Source: an uncultured delta proteobacterium
Lineage (GTDB): Bacteria; Desulfobacterota; Binatia; HRBIN30; BPIQ01
DNA length: 64,000 nt
Assembly: GCA_963761335.1 (NCBI GenBank)
Contig: CAVXGR010000012.1
Span: 352,001 to 416,000 of the forward strand
Direction: 5' to 3'
The position numbers were made by a program, and so were the translations under genes. The notes under the pieces are model-generated. The model worked only from the letters and a program-made list of their open reading frames with translations. It did no database searches and was not told the DNA's origin. Positions 10,545 through 19,707 of this stretch are shown here, one piece after another; within the stretch, counting starts at the first letter, position 1, and each line of letters starts with the position of its first letter.

Positions 10545-11285
10545 ATGCTCGACGCCAAGAGCGAGCGCGCCGTCGCCGGGATCGCCGAGGAGCTGCGCGC
10601 GCTGTTCGGTGCCGAACTGGTCAGCGCCGCCGTCTACGGCAGCGCCGCCAACCGCGACTTCGTTCCGGGCCGATCCGACATCAACGTGATCGTGGTGCTC
10701 GACAGGTTGAGCATGGCGCCGCTGCGCGCTCTGCGCGAGCGACTGCCGCAATGGCGACAGCAGGGAATCGCCACGCCGCTCCTGGTCGACCGCGCCTTTC
10801 TGCGCGATGCGGCCGACGTCTTCCCAATGGAGTTCTACGACATCCGCCATCATCATCGCCTGCTGGCCGGCGAAGACGTCTTGGAGTCGCTGGCCATCGA
10901 CTCTCGCCATCTGCGCTACCAGTGCGAGCACGAGGTGCGCGGCAAGCTCCTTCGCCTGCACGAGATGTACCTGGAAGCCGAGGGACGTCGGGAGGCTCTG
11001 CGCGCCCTGATGCTGGATTCGGTGAAGACCTTCCTGCTGATCATGCGGCATATGAACCGCTTGCGCGGCAGCGACGGCCTGACGCAGGCGGCGGCGCTCG
11101 CCGAGTTCGAGCGCCTGTTCGGATGCGTCTTTCCGACGGTGGCGAAGCTCCTCGAGCTCGGCCGGAGCGACTGGCAGGGAGACGAGGAGGAGATCTTCGC
11201 GAGCTACTGGCAGGAGCTCCAGCAGCTCGCGGCCGTGGTCGACCATCTGCCCGATCCGGCAGCATCCGACACGCCCGGCAAGTGA
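10545..11285 (+). CDS. Nucleotidyltransferase-fold protein
   Basis: VYGSAA..DF..GRSDIN (Pol-beta-like GS..DxN motif), DVFPMEF.DI, LRYQCEHE.RGK. Confidence 0.75.
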   Translation: MLDAKSERAVAGIAEELRALFGAELVSAAVYGSAANRDFVPGRSDINVIVVLDRLSMAPLRALRERLPQWRQQGIATPLLVDRAFLRDAADVFPMEFYDIRHHHRLLAGEDVLESLAIDSRHLRYQCEHEVRGKLLRLHEMYLEAEGRREALRALMLDSVKTFLLIMRHMNRLRGSDGLTQAAALAEFERLFGCVFPTVAKLLELGRSDWQGDEEEIFASYWQELQQLAAVVDHLPDPAASDTPGK

Positions 11286-11295
11286 CGCGGCACCC

Positions 11296-12144
11296 ATGCT
11301 GACCGACCGCCGCACTGACCTCCCAGAAGCCATCTGCTCCGGGGACGCGAACCCGTGCCCGCCGCGCCGCCGTTGCCTGACGCGCCTCGTACTCGCGCTT
11401 CTGCTGGCGTGCGCCGGGGCGGCGGCGGCGCAGGAGCCGACCGTGCCAGCGGCTCACGCCTTCGTCAACGACTACGCGCGGGTGATCGACGCCGGCACCA
11501 GAGAGCAGCTGGAGCAGCTGATCCGCGAGCTGCGCACCAAGACGGGAGCGGAGATCGCCGTGGTCACCGTGGACTCCACCGCTCCCCTCTCCGCCTTCGA
11601 CTACGCCATGAAGATCGCCGAGGCCTGGAAGCCGGGCGCCGCGGGCAAGGACAACGGCGTCGTCTTTCTGATCGCGGTGAAAGACCGGGAGATGTACATC
11701 CTCACCGGTTACGGCGTCGAGGGCGCCCTGCCCGACGGGTTGGTGGGCGAGATCCGCGACACCCTGGTGACACCCGCATTCCGGCGCGGCGACTACTCCA
11801 GCGGCATCCGTGCCGGCACGGAGCGGCTCGCCGCCATCATCGCGCGCCAGTACGGGGTCACACTCACCGGCGTGCCCCCGCCCCCGGCGTCGCCGCCGCT
11901 ACAGGTCACCCGCGGCGAGGCCCTGATCTTCTTCTTCGTATTGATGGCGGCGGTGATGATCCTCCTGTCGATCTACGGACCCCGGTCCCGGCTCCGCGGC
12001 GGCCTCGGGCCACCGCCGTTCTTCGGGGGTCGCTTCGGCGGCGGCGGCTTCGGTGGGGGTGGCGGATTCGGCGGCGGCGGCGGTGGCTTCGGTGGCTTTG
12101 GCGGCGGCGGCTTCGGCGGCGGTGGCGCCGGCGGGCGCTGGTGA
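11296..12144 (+). CDS. TPM domain membrane protein (YgcG-like)
   Basis: VNDYA, EIAVVTV, KDNGVVFLIA..DR, TGYGVEGALPD, TM helix, Gly/Phe-rich tail ending GGAGGRW. Confidence 0.9.
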   Translation: MLTDRRTDLPEAICSGDANPCPPRRRCLTRLVLALLLACAGAAAAQEPTVPAAHAFVNDYARVIDAGTREQLEQLIRELRTKTGAEIAVVTVDSTAPLSAFDYAMKIAEAWKPGAAGKDNGVVFLIAVKDREMYILTGYGVEGALPDGLVGEIRDTLVTPAFRRGDYSSGIRAGTERLAAIIARQYGVTLTGVPPPPASPPLQVTRGEALIFFFVLMAAVMILLSIYGPRSRLRGGLGPPPFFGGRFGGGGFGGGGGFGGGGGGFGGFGGGGFGGGGAGGRW

Positions 12145-12183
12145 TCGTCGGCGCGCGGACGCAACGAGAGGGAGGAGCGAACG

Positions 12184-12735
12184 ATGAAGCGCAGGACAGT
12201 TCGGGTGACGATGCTGGCGCTGCTGCTGGCGGTGCCGGGGTGCGGCTACAACAACATGGTGGCGATGAAGGAGCAGGTCGACGCCGCCTGGGCGCAGGTC
12301 GAGAACCAGCTGCAGCGCCGCAACGACCTGATCCCCAACCTGGTGGAGGTCACCAAAGGCTATGCGACCCACGAGCGCGAGATCTTCGAACGCGTGGCCG
12401 AGGCCCGCTCGAAGCTGATCGCCGCCGGTACGCGCGAAGGGAAGATCCAGGCGGCCGAGGAGGTGGGCTCGGCGCTGGGGCGTCTCTTGGCGATCGCCGA
12501 GCGCTATCCCGATCTGAAGGCGAACACCCAGTTCTCCCGCCTCTCCGACGAGCTCGCCGGCACCGAGAACCGCATCGCCACCGAGCGCCGCCGCTACAAC
12601 GAGGCCGTGCGCGAGTACAACTCGTACATCAAGAAGTTCCCGCAGATGCTGGTGGCGCGCTCGTTCGGGTTCAAGGAGCAAGCCTACTTCGAGGCCCCCA
12701 AGGAAGCGCAGCAGGTGCCCAAGGTGCAGTTCTGA
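12184..12735 (+). CDS. lemA: LemA family protein
   Basis: GCGYN, AWAQVENQLQRRNDLIPNLVE, ERYPDLKAN, ELAGTENRI..ERRRYNE. Confidence 0.95.
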   Translation: MKRRTVRVTMLALLLAVPGCGYNNMVAMKEQVDAAWAQVENQLQRRNDLIPNLVEVTKGYATHEREIFERVAEARSKLIAAGTREGKIQAAEEVGSALGRLLAIAERYPDLKANTQFSRLSDELAGTENRIATERRRYNEAVREYNSYIKKFPQMLVARSFGFKEQAYFEAPKEAQQVPKVQF

Positions 12736-12760
12736 GGATGGAGATCGCAACCGCTTCGAC

Positions 12761-13100
12761 TCGGTACCGGCCGCTTTGCGCCTCTGCGGCTCTGCACCCT
12801 TGCCTTCCCTTCATTGGCGGTGGTCGGCAGAGCTCTGAAAACGCAGAGACGCCAAGACGCAGAGATGTCTCGAATGACTTCGCTTGGGCGCGGGGAAACC
12901 CGCAGCTCCTTCATGACGTCTCCATGCGAAGGGTCTGTCTGCGTCGATCGAGGGCGCGCCTTGTCGCTGCCCTTGAGAGTCGGCACCGGCCGCTTTGCGC
13001 CTCTGCGGCTCTGCACCCTTGCCTTCCCTTCATTGGCGGTGGTCGGCAGAGCTCTGAAAACGCAGAGACGCGAGGACGCAAAGATGTCTCGAATGACTTC
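12761..13100. repeat. Two direct copies of a 121-bp hairpin element (12761-12881 and 12980-13100)
   Basis: Copies differ at 4 positions, period 219 bp; each has imperfect inverted arms ctttgcgcctctgcggctctgc / gcagagacgc..gacgca(g/a)ag. Confidence 0.9.
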
Positions 13101-13146
13101 CTCGGGGCGCTGCGGTGATCACGGCCCGCGGTCGATCGCACATTCC

Positions 13147-13644
13147 ATGACGCCGGCGCAGAAGCGATTCGTCCTGATCGAGCAGGGCGTGGGCTCGGTG
13201 GTCGTCAACCTGATATTGAACGCGCTGATCGCTTACCTGATGTTCCACGGCGCCGCCGTGGTTCCGCTCTGGGGGCAGCAGAGCATCGCCGGGGACACCA
13301 TCGGCACGACCTTTCTCCTGCCGCTGTTCACCACCCTGATCGTCACCCGCCTGGCGCGCGGCCAGGTGGATGCGGGCCGGGTGTCGCCGGTGCTGGGCGC
13401 ACCGCTGGGGCTCCGCTGGATGCCGGCCCGCTCTCTGTGGCGCGGGGTGGCCCTCGGCGGCGTCACCGCCGCCGCGGTTGCCCCGCCGATGATTGCCGCC
13501 CTCTGGCTCCTCGGCGTCAGCGAGCAGTCCTTTTGGAGCTTCGTCGCCTTCAAGGCGATCTTCGCCGCCGCCCTCGGCGCTCTGATCACGCCGCTGGTGG
13601 CGCTCTGGGCGATCGCCTCCCCGGCGCCGGAAGCTCTTTCGTAA
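13147..13644 (+). CDS. Hypothetical membrane protein (about 4 TM helices)
   Basis: Four hydrophobic segments; the upstream extension of the ORF is just the repeat sequence. Confidence 0.7.
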   Translation: MTPAQKRFVLIEQGVGSVVVNLILNALIAYLMFHGAAVVPLWGQQSIAGDTIGTTFLLPLFTTLIVTRLARGQVDAGRVSPVLGAPLGLRWMPARSLWRGVALGGVTAAAVAPPMIAALWLLGVSEQSFWSFVAFKAIFAAALGALITPLVALWAIASPAPEALS

Positions 13645-13690
13645 AGGAGCCGATTCCAGGCACCACCGGGAGGAATGAGGTGGCTCGCCC

Positions 13691-14656
13691 TCAGCGGCGC
13701 GGGGGCGGCGGTGGAGCCCACTGGGAATCGAAGTTCCTCTTGATCACGCTCTCGGGAACTCCCGCCAGGTACATGTAATAGAGGTGTTGGTGCTGCTGGC
13801 TGATCTCCCGCTCCCAGGTAAACGACCCCGTCTCGGAGTAAAGTCGTCCTTCGTATCTGACTGGATTGCCGGTCACCGAGTACGCGCCGCCCGCGAGCTC
13901 CAGCATCACGTCGACGGCAATCTTGATGTACCAGGGGCACGACGGCCCGGGCGCCGCGTACTGCTCCTTGATCAGCTTTAGGCCCCAGAAGGCCATCGGA
14001 ATCACGTCGAAGCGGTTGATCCAGCGCGACGGCTGCTTGGGAAACGCATCCGTGAACCACTGCGCGAAGGCCGCGTTCCCGGTGAACTGCCCGGCCAACG
14101 GAAAGGGGCGCACGACGCGGAGCGGAAACAGGCTCCTCACCCTCAGGGCGATCAGTGGCGCACGCGCACCGGCGAGGCTGTGACCGATGACGTCGAGGTG
14201 GATCGCGGGGTCGAGCGTCCGAATGAACTCGAAGAGCGTCTGGCCGGAGGGCGTCGTCGCCTGCATCAGTCCCATGTAGGCGTCGGCGAAGCCGCGGGCG
14301 ATGAACGCTCCCTTCGGTACCGGCGTATCGACCCAGGGGACGGGTACCGGAATGGGGTCGAAATCCAGGATCAGGCTTTCCGGCTTCTTCATCTGCGTCC
14401 CGCGGATCACGATCGCCGCAGTTGGCGTCCCCGCCGCGTTCGGACCGAGGGCGACGTACCAGAGGTTGGTATCGCACTTCCACGGACCCCAGACGATCTG
14501 CCACTTTCCCTCGGTCGGCAGATCGGGCGCCTGGAGAGCGGTGCGCATCGCCTCCTGCTGGCACTCGATCGGCTCGCCTTCGGCGAGATAGCCGATACTG
14601 GCGAAGGTGAAGGCGACTTGCACGTCTCTCTCGGTGATCTGGTCGGCAATTGACAT
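13691..14656 (-). CDS. Lipase class 3-like alpha/beta hydrolase
   Basis: WQIVWGP, IVIRGT, VIGHSLAGA, GN..FA, N.FDVIP; AGGAGG RBS. Confidence 0.75.
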   Translation of the reverse strand: MSIADQITERDVQVAFTFASIGYLAEGEPIECQQEAMRTALQAPDLPTEGKWQIVWGPWKCDTNLWYVALGPNAAGTPTAAIVIRGTQMKKPESLILDFDPIPVPVPWVDTPVPKGAFIARGFADAYMGLMQATTPSGQTLFEFIRTLDPAIHLDVIGHSLAGARAPLIALRVRSLFPLRVVRPFPLAGQFTGNAAFAQWFTDAFPKQPSRWINRFDVIPMAFWGLKLIKEQYAAPGPSCPWYIKIAVDVMLELAGGAYSVTGNPVRYEGRLYSETGSFTWEREISQQHQHLYYMYLAGVPESVIKRNFDSQWAPPPPPRR

Positions 14657-14696
14657 GGCAATTCCTCCTGTCCGTCGGCGCCGCGCCGCGAGCGGG

Positions 14697-17600
14697 TCAC
14701 GGGCCGGCGCCAACGCCCAACTCGTCGAGCAGCGCCTTCGCCTCGAGCAGTGCGCGCGTGTCGAAGCCTTCGGTGAACCAGCCGTGGACCGGACCGAGGA
14801 GGTCTCGCGCCGCCTCACGCCTGTCCTCGGCGCAGAGCAGCCGGGCCAGGCCGGTGGCCGCGCGCAGCTCGAAGATCTTCGCCTCCTGGCCGCGGGCGAT
14901 CTCGACAGCGCGGCGCAGGCACTCCTCGGCAGCTCTCCGGCTCGCGGGAGTGGAATCTCCGCCGTCGGCGAGGAGGACCTCCGCTTTCAGGACACATAGC
15001 CGCGCGTCGTAGAACGTCTGAGAGGTCGCCGCCGCCGTGGCCAGACCCACATCGATCGTCGCCAGGGCGTCGGCGGACAACCCGCACCGGCGATAGGCAT
15101 CCGCCAGCATCCAGAAGACGGCCGGTGCCATCGCCTGCGTCCCCGTGGCCGCTGCCAGCGCCGACCCTTCGAGCAGCAGAGCCGGATCGGCGACCGCGTA
15201 GCCGAACATCATCTTCCCGAGGGCCTGCCACAGAGGGAACCCCTGCATCTCGCTGAAGCGCAGCACCTGCGCGGCCTGCTCCTCGAGGACGTCGTCGCCG
15301 CGCTCCATGTGAAGGGCGACCTGCCACATGCGGGCCTGCGCAATGCTGAACGAATGATCGAGCGCGACCGCCAGACGGATCGCCTCCTCGCGGCGAGCTA
15401 GGGCGCGGTCGGGATAGCGAAGCTGGAAGAGAGCCCAGGCCGAGGTAGAGCGCGCCGAGACACCGGCGTCGTCGCCCACCAAGGCGACGAGAGCGTCGTG
15501 ATGGCGTTCGGAATCGTAGAGCGCGATGGCGCGATCAGCGAACTCGAGCGCGGCGCGGAACCGTCCCTGAAAGTAAGAGACGGAGGTCTTCTCGCTGTAG
15601 GCGGCGATCATCTGCACGGCATCGCCGGTGCTCTCCGCCACGGCGAGCCCCTCGTCCATCAGCTCAGCGGCGCGTTCGAGCTGTGCGGCGGTGTAATGGA
15701 CGAGCGCCAGCCCCAGCAGCGGAGCGCAGTAGCCCCGACGGTCACCGGCCGCGAGCGACAGGGCGCGCGTCCGCTCCCAGGCCGCCGCGGTTTCTGGATG
15801 CGCGTAGCCACGCGCCGCGATCGACTCGGCGGCGAGAGCGCGCTGCAGCCCCGCCTCGCGCCGGTCGCGCGCCACACCGGCCGGCGAGGTCGCCAGGACG
15901 GAAAGCGCCCGGCGCAGCTGCAGGAGCGCCTCTTCGTGCGCCGAGCGCGCCGCCGCCTGCTCGGCGGCGCGCTCGTAGAGGGCGACCGCCTCATCGCCCA
16001 GGTTGGCGGCCTCGGCATGGCGCGCCACCATCTCCGGCTGCGCCTCGACCCGCTGCGGGAAGTGCTCCCGCAGCACGTGAACAATGCGCGCGTGCAGGCC
16101 GCGGCGCGTTCTCTTGAGCATTGAATGGTAAGCGGCCTCTTGCAGGAGGACGTGCATGAAGACGAACGTCGAAGGCGCCTGAGCGTGCGCATGAATCAGG
16201 CCGGCGTCGGTCAGCCGGACGAGAGCGGCGCGGAGATCCTCGTCGCGGATGCCCGGCACGGACCCGCGGTCTGCCACCAGCTGCAACACCTCCAAGGAGA
16301 ACTCGCGCCCGATCACCGCGGCCATCTGCGCGATCTGCTTTGCGCGTCCGAGTCGGTCGAGGCGTGCCATCAGCGAGCTTTGCGAGGCCGCGGTGATCCG
16401 AGGCCGTCGCGCCCGTTCGCGTCGGGCAACGGCAGGAAACTTCTGACTCGAGCACGAATCGCGTCAGGCAATCGAATCGTACAACGCATTGGTCACGCGC
16501 GACGGTGTGCCTATGAGCGGGACCAGTGGCGGGCGATTTGCTCGCGCAATTCGATCTCTTCCGCTTGCCGCGCAACAAGCGCTACCCCTTCAGTTGATCA
16601 TGCGGCAGGGCGGGCCACGCAGGCGAATCATCCGGCCGATAGGTGAGCAGGGTCAGGATCCGCGCCGTGGCGCTGCGCTCGACGACTCTCCGCAGAAGCT
16701 CCAGGCTCGACGGATCACCCCAGTGCAGATCCTCGACGAGGAGAACGAGGGGCTGTCGCTCGCTCAGCGCCACGAGCCAATCCACCAGGGTGTCGAAGGT
16801 TCGCCGCCGGCGCGCTTCGGGACTGAGGCCGGCAAGGGCGGCAGCGCGCGCCGGCGCCAGGGACAGGAAGGACGCCAGCAGCGCCAGGCGGACCTGTTGC
16901 GCGATGCTGGCGAGGCCGAGCGCCTGGTCGAGCGCTCGCAGTCACCGGGTGGTCGGCCGCCCGGCTGAAGGGCAAGCCCTGCTCACCAAGTCGACTGAAT
17001 CGGGTGGAGGGCGCTGTCGTGCAGGTCCAGGGAACAATGTTCCCTCGAGCCAGCGGTGCGGCTCCGAGGCGAGGTGCTCGCGCAGGACGTGCACCAGCCG
17101 CGACTTGCCGATGCCCGCCTCGCCGGTGAGCAGCACCACCTGCCCCGCGCCGTCGCGGGCCTGCGCCCAGCTTTCAAGCAGAAGGCGGCGCTCCGTGCCC
17201 CGCTCAACCAGCGGCGTGAACCCGCGTTGGCCGCGCGCCTCGAGCCGGCTGCGCGCCGCGCTGGCGCGCACCACCCGATAGAGCGCCATCGGCTCCTGGA
17301 GCCCTTTCAGCGTGTGGGTGCCCGCCGCCTCGACGACGAACCAGCCCTCCACCAGGCGCTGCGTCGCGGCGCTCATGGGTACGGCACGGGTGCCGCCGCA
17401 GCCTGCACACACGCCGCCACGTTGAGTGTCTCGCCGAGCGCCAGCGATTCCTGCTGTTCACAGGCATTTGAGGCCTCTGACGACGCACGGCCCGTTGTGG
17501 AGGCCGAGCTGAACGGCGAGCCCGCGGCACGAGCTCCTCGACGGCACGGACGACGTGGAGAGCCCATGACTGCCTGATCGGCGGATCCTCGTGCGCCTCG

Positions 17601-18055
17601 GGGTAGCCGAAGAGGACCAGGAGCCAGTCGCCCAGCAGCTGCGCCACGTGACCGCCGAAGCGGGTAACCACCCGCGTCGCCGCCTCGTGGTAAGCGCGGA
17701 TCGCCTCGGCGAAGTCCTCGCTGTCGAGCCGGGTGGAGAGCTCCGTGGAGCCGACGAGATCGCAGAACAGGACGGTGAGCTCGCGGCGCTCGCTGTCGCC
17801 CGACCCCGGGGACCGGCGGTCCGCCGCCGCTGGGGGCGAATCACTCGCCAGCGCCCCGTCCGATCGAATCCCTCCGATCGCCACCAGCACGTCTCCGTCC
17901 TGCGCGGCGACGTGCTGGACCTCGACCAACTCCTCGACCAGCGCCTCCAGCGCCTCGTCGTCGAGATCGAACTCACGTCGCAGGGCGCGAAGCGAGATCC
18001 GGCGTTGCTCCTGCAGATGGTCGCGGGCCCGGCGCACAGTATCGAGGAAGCCCAG
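14697..18055 (-). pseudogene. Class III adenylate/guanylate cyclase-AAA ATPase-TPR (STAND-like) gene, disrupted by several frameshifts and stops
   Basis: Collinear fragments in different frames: ERRELTVLFCDLVGSTELS/FGYPEAHED, GETLNVAA, Walker A GEAGIGKS, Walker B VEDLHW, MARLDRL..AAVIGREF, C-terminal ELRAA/WFTEGFDT. Confidence 0.85.
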
Positions 18056-18085
18056 GCGCCCGACCCAGGGACCTGCGGGAGATCG

Positions 18086-19009
18086 CTATGCCGAGGCAGC
18101 GCCGCGACGCTGCGTGTGGGTGCCGGTGTGCTCGCGAACGAATTCGCCGATGCGCTCGATCGCCTGCTGGCCCTCGGGCAGCATGACGGCGAATGCCTGC
18201 CAGACGTGGATCATATCGTCCCAGGGCTCGAGCGTGACCTGCACGCCGGCGGCGGTGGCGCGCTTCGCGAGGCGTGTCGAATCGTCGAGCAGCGTCTCGC
18301 CCGTGCCCACTTGGATCAACAGCGGCGGCAGTCCGCTGAGATCGGCGTGAAGCGGTGCCGCCAATGGCGTTGTCGGCGGCAGCCCGCTGAGATAGAGGGC
18401 CGCCATCTTCAGAAGCCCGTCGCGCTGCACCATCGGGTCGACTGACGCCTTGGTGGTCATCGATTCTCCGAGACCCTCCAGATCCACCCACGGAGACAGG
18501 CACACTCCGGCTGCCGGCAGGGCCTCGCCCGCGTCGCGCAGTGCCACCAGCGCGGCGACGGTGAGACCGCCGCCGGCAGAGTCGCCGGCCACGGCGATTC
18601 GCGACGGATCGGCGCCGCCACGCAGCAGCCAGCGATACGCCGCGCTGGCATCCTCGACCGCCGCCGGGTGCGGATGCTCCGGGGCCAGTCGATAATCGAT
18701 GAGGAGCACGCGGGCTCCGGCGGCACGCGACAGCCGCGAGGCGAGATCCCGATGCGTATTGATCGAGCCGAGGACGTAGCCACCGCCGTGCAGGTAGAGA
18801 ACGACGCGTTCGGCATCGGCCCCGGGAGCGACCACCCATTCGGCGGGAACACCGCCAGAGTCGATCTTCTCGCAGCACACGTCGGGCGACGGCGGCATCA
18901 GCGTCGTCATCGCCTCCAGACCGGCGCGCAGATCCTCGACGCTCGAGTTCTGGTCCACCGGACGCGAGCGCAGCATGTTGACGATCATCTCCAGTGCGGC
19001 GTTGGCCAT
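18086..19009 (-). CDS. HSL-family (Aes-like) esterase
   Basis: HGGGY, DYRLAPEHP, GDSAGG, SPWVDL, HVW. Confidence 0.92.
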   Translation of the reverse strand: MANAALEMIVNMLRSRPVDQNSSVEDLRAGLEAMTTLMPPSPDVCCEKIDSGGVPAEWVVAPGADAERVVLYLHGGGYVLGSINTHRDLASRLSRAAGARVLLIDYRLAPEHPHPAAVEDASAAYRWLLRGGADPSRIAVAGDSAGGGLTVAALVALRDAGEALPAAGVCLSPWVDLEGLGESMTTKASVDPMVQRDGLLKMAALYLSGLPPTTPLAAPLHADLSGLPPLLIQVGTGETLLDDSTRLAKRATAAGVQVTLEPWDDMIHVWQAFAVMLPEGQQAIERIGEFVREHTGTHTQRRGAASA

Positions 19010-19103
19010 GCGGTCGTCCTCCTTGTTCGCTCTCCTCTGATCACAGGGAATGGAGACTGGTCAAACGCCGCGGGGAAGCCGCGGTTGAGGCCCTCCAGTC
19101 AAC

Positions 19104-19694
19104 CTATCGGCTGCCGCGGTGCAGGGCCTCCTCGACGAAGTCGAGCCGGTCGTTCCCCCAGAACATCTCCTCGCCGATGAAGAAGGTCGGCGCACCGAAG
19201 GCGCCACGCTCGACCGCCTCGTCGCTATTGCGACGCAGCGCGTCCTTCACCTCCGCCTGCTTCGAGCGCGCCAGGATGGCGGCGCCGTCGAGCCCCACCG
19301 CATCGATCGCGCCGCGCAGGACCTCCTCGTCCGCCAGGTTTTTCCCCTCCACCCAGACGCCGCTGAACATGGCTCGGTGAAAGTCGCCGAAGCGTTGGTC
19401 GCCGATTGCGGCGACGGCGGCGCGCATGGCGTGCAGGGTGTTCACCGGAAAATGCGGGTTCGGGTTCAACGGCACGCGATACCGCTCCACCCAGCGCCGG
19501 ATGTCGGTCATCATGTAGGCGCCCTTGTTGGGACTGTTGATCGGCGGAGTGATCTTCGCCGCCTGCATGACGCCCGCGAGAAAGAAAGGCCGATAGACGA
19601 TCTCGGCGCCGCTGCGCTCGGCCAGGGCGCGCAGCTGCGTATCCGCCAGGTAGGCGAACGGGCTCACGTAATCGAAGAAGTACTCGACGCGCAT
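19104..19694 (-). CDS. 2-hydroxychromene-2-carboxylate isomerase / kappa-class GST (DsbA-like fold)
   Basis: FFDYVSPFAYL, NPHFP, RGAFGAPTF, FWGNDRL. Confidence 0.9.
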   Translation of the reverse strand: MRVEYFFDYVSPFAYLADTQLRALAERSGAEIVYRPFFLAGVMQAAKITPPINSPNKGAYMMTDIRRWVERYRVPLNPNPHFPVNTLHAMRAAVAAIGDQRFGDFHRAMFSGVWVEGKNLADEEVLRGAIDAVGLDGAAILARSKQAEVKDALRRNSDEAVERGAFGAPTFFIGEEMFWGNDRLDFVEEALHRGSR

Positions 19695-19707
19695 TACGGT
19701 TCTCCTC

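Noticed and set aside
12030..12140. GGC-rich simple repeat as a contingency locus
   Set aside because: Encodes the normal Gly/Phe-rich tail of TPM-domain proteins
12761..13100. CRISPR array
   Set aside because: Only two units of 121 bp with a 98-bp spacer; no cas genes; sizes far outside the CRISPR range
16380..17600. Diversity-generating retroelement variable region
   Set aside because: No reverse transcriptase or template repeat in the window; the damage includes indels rather than adenine-specific substitutions
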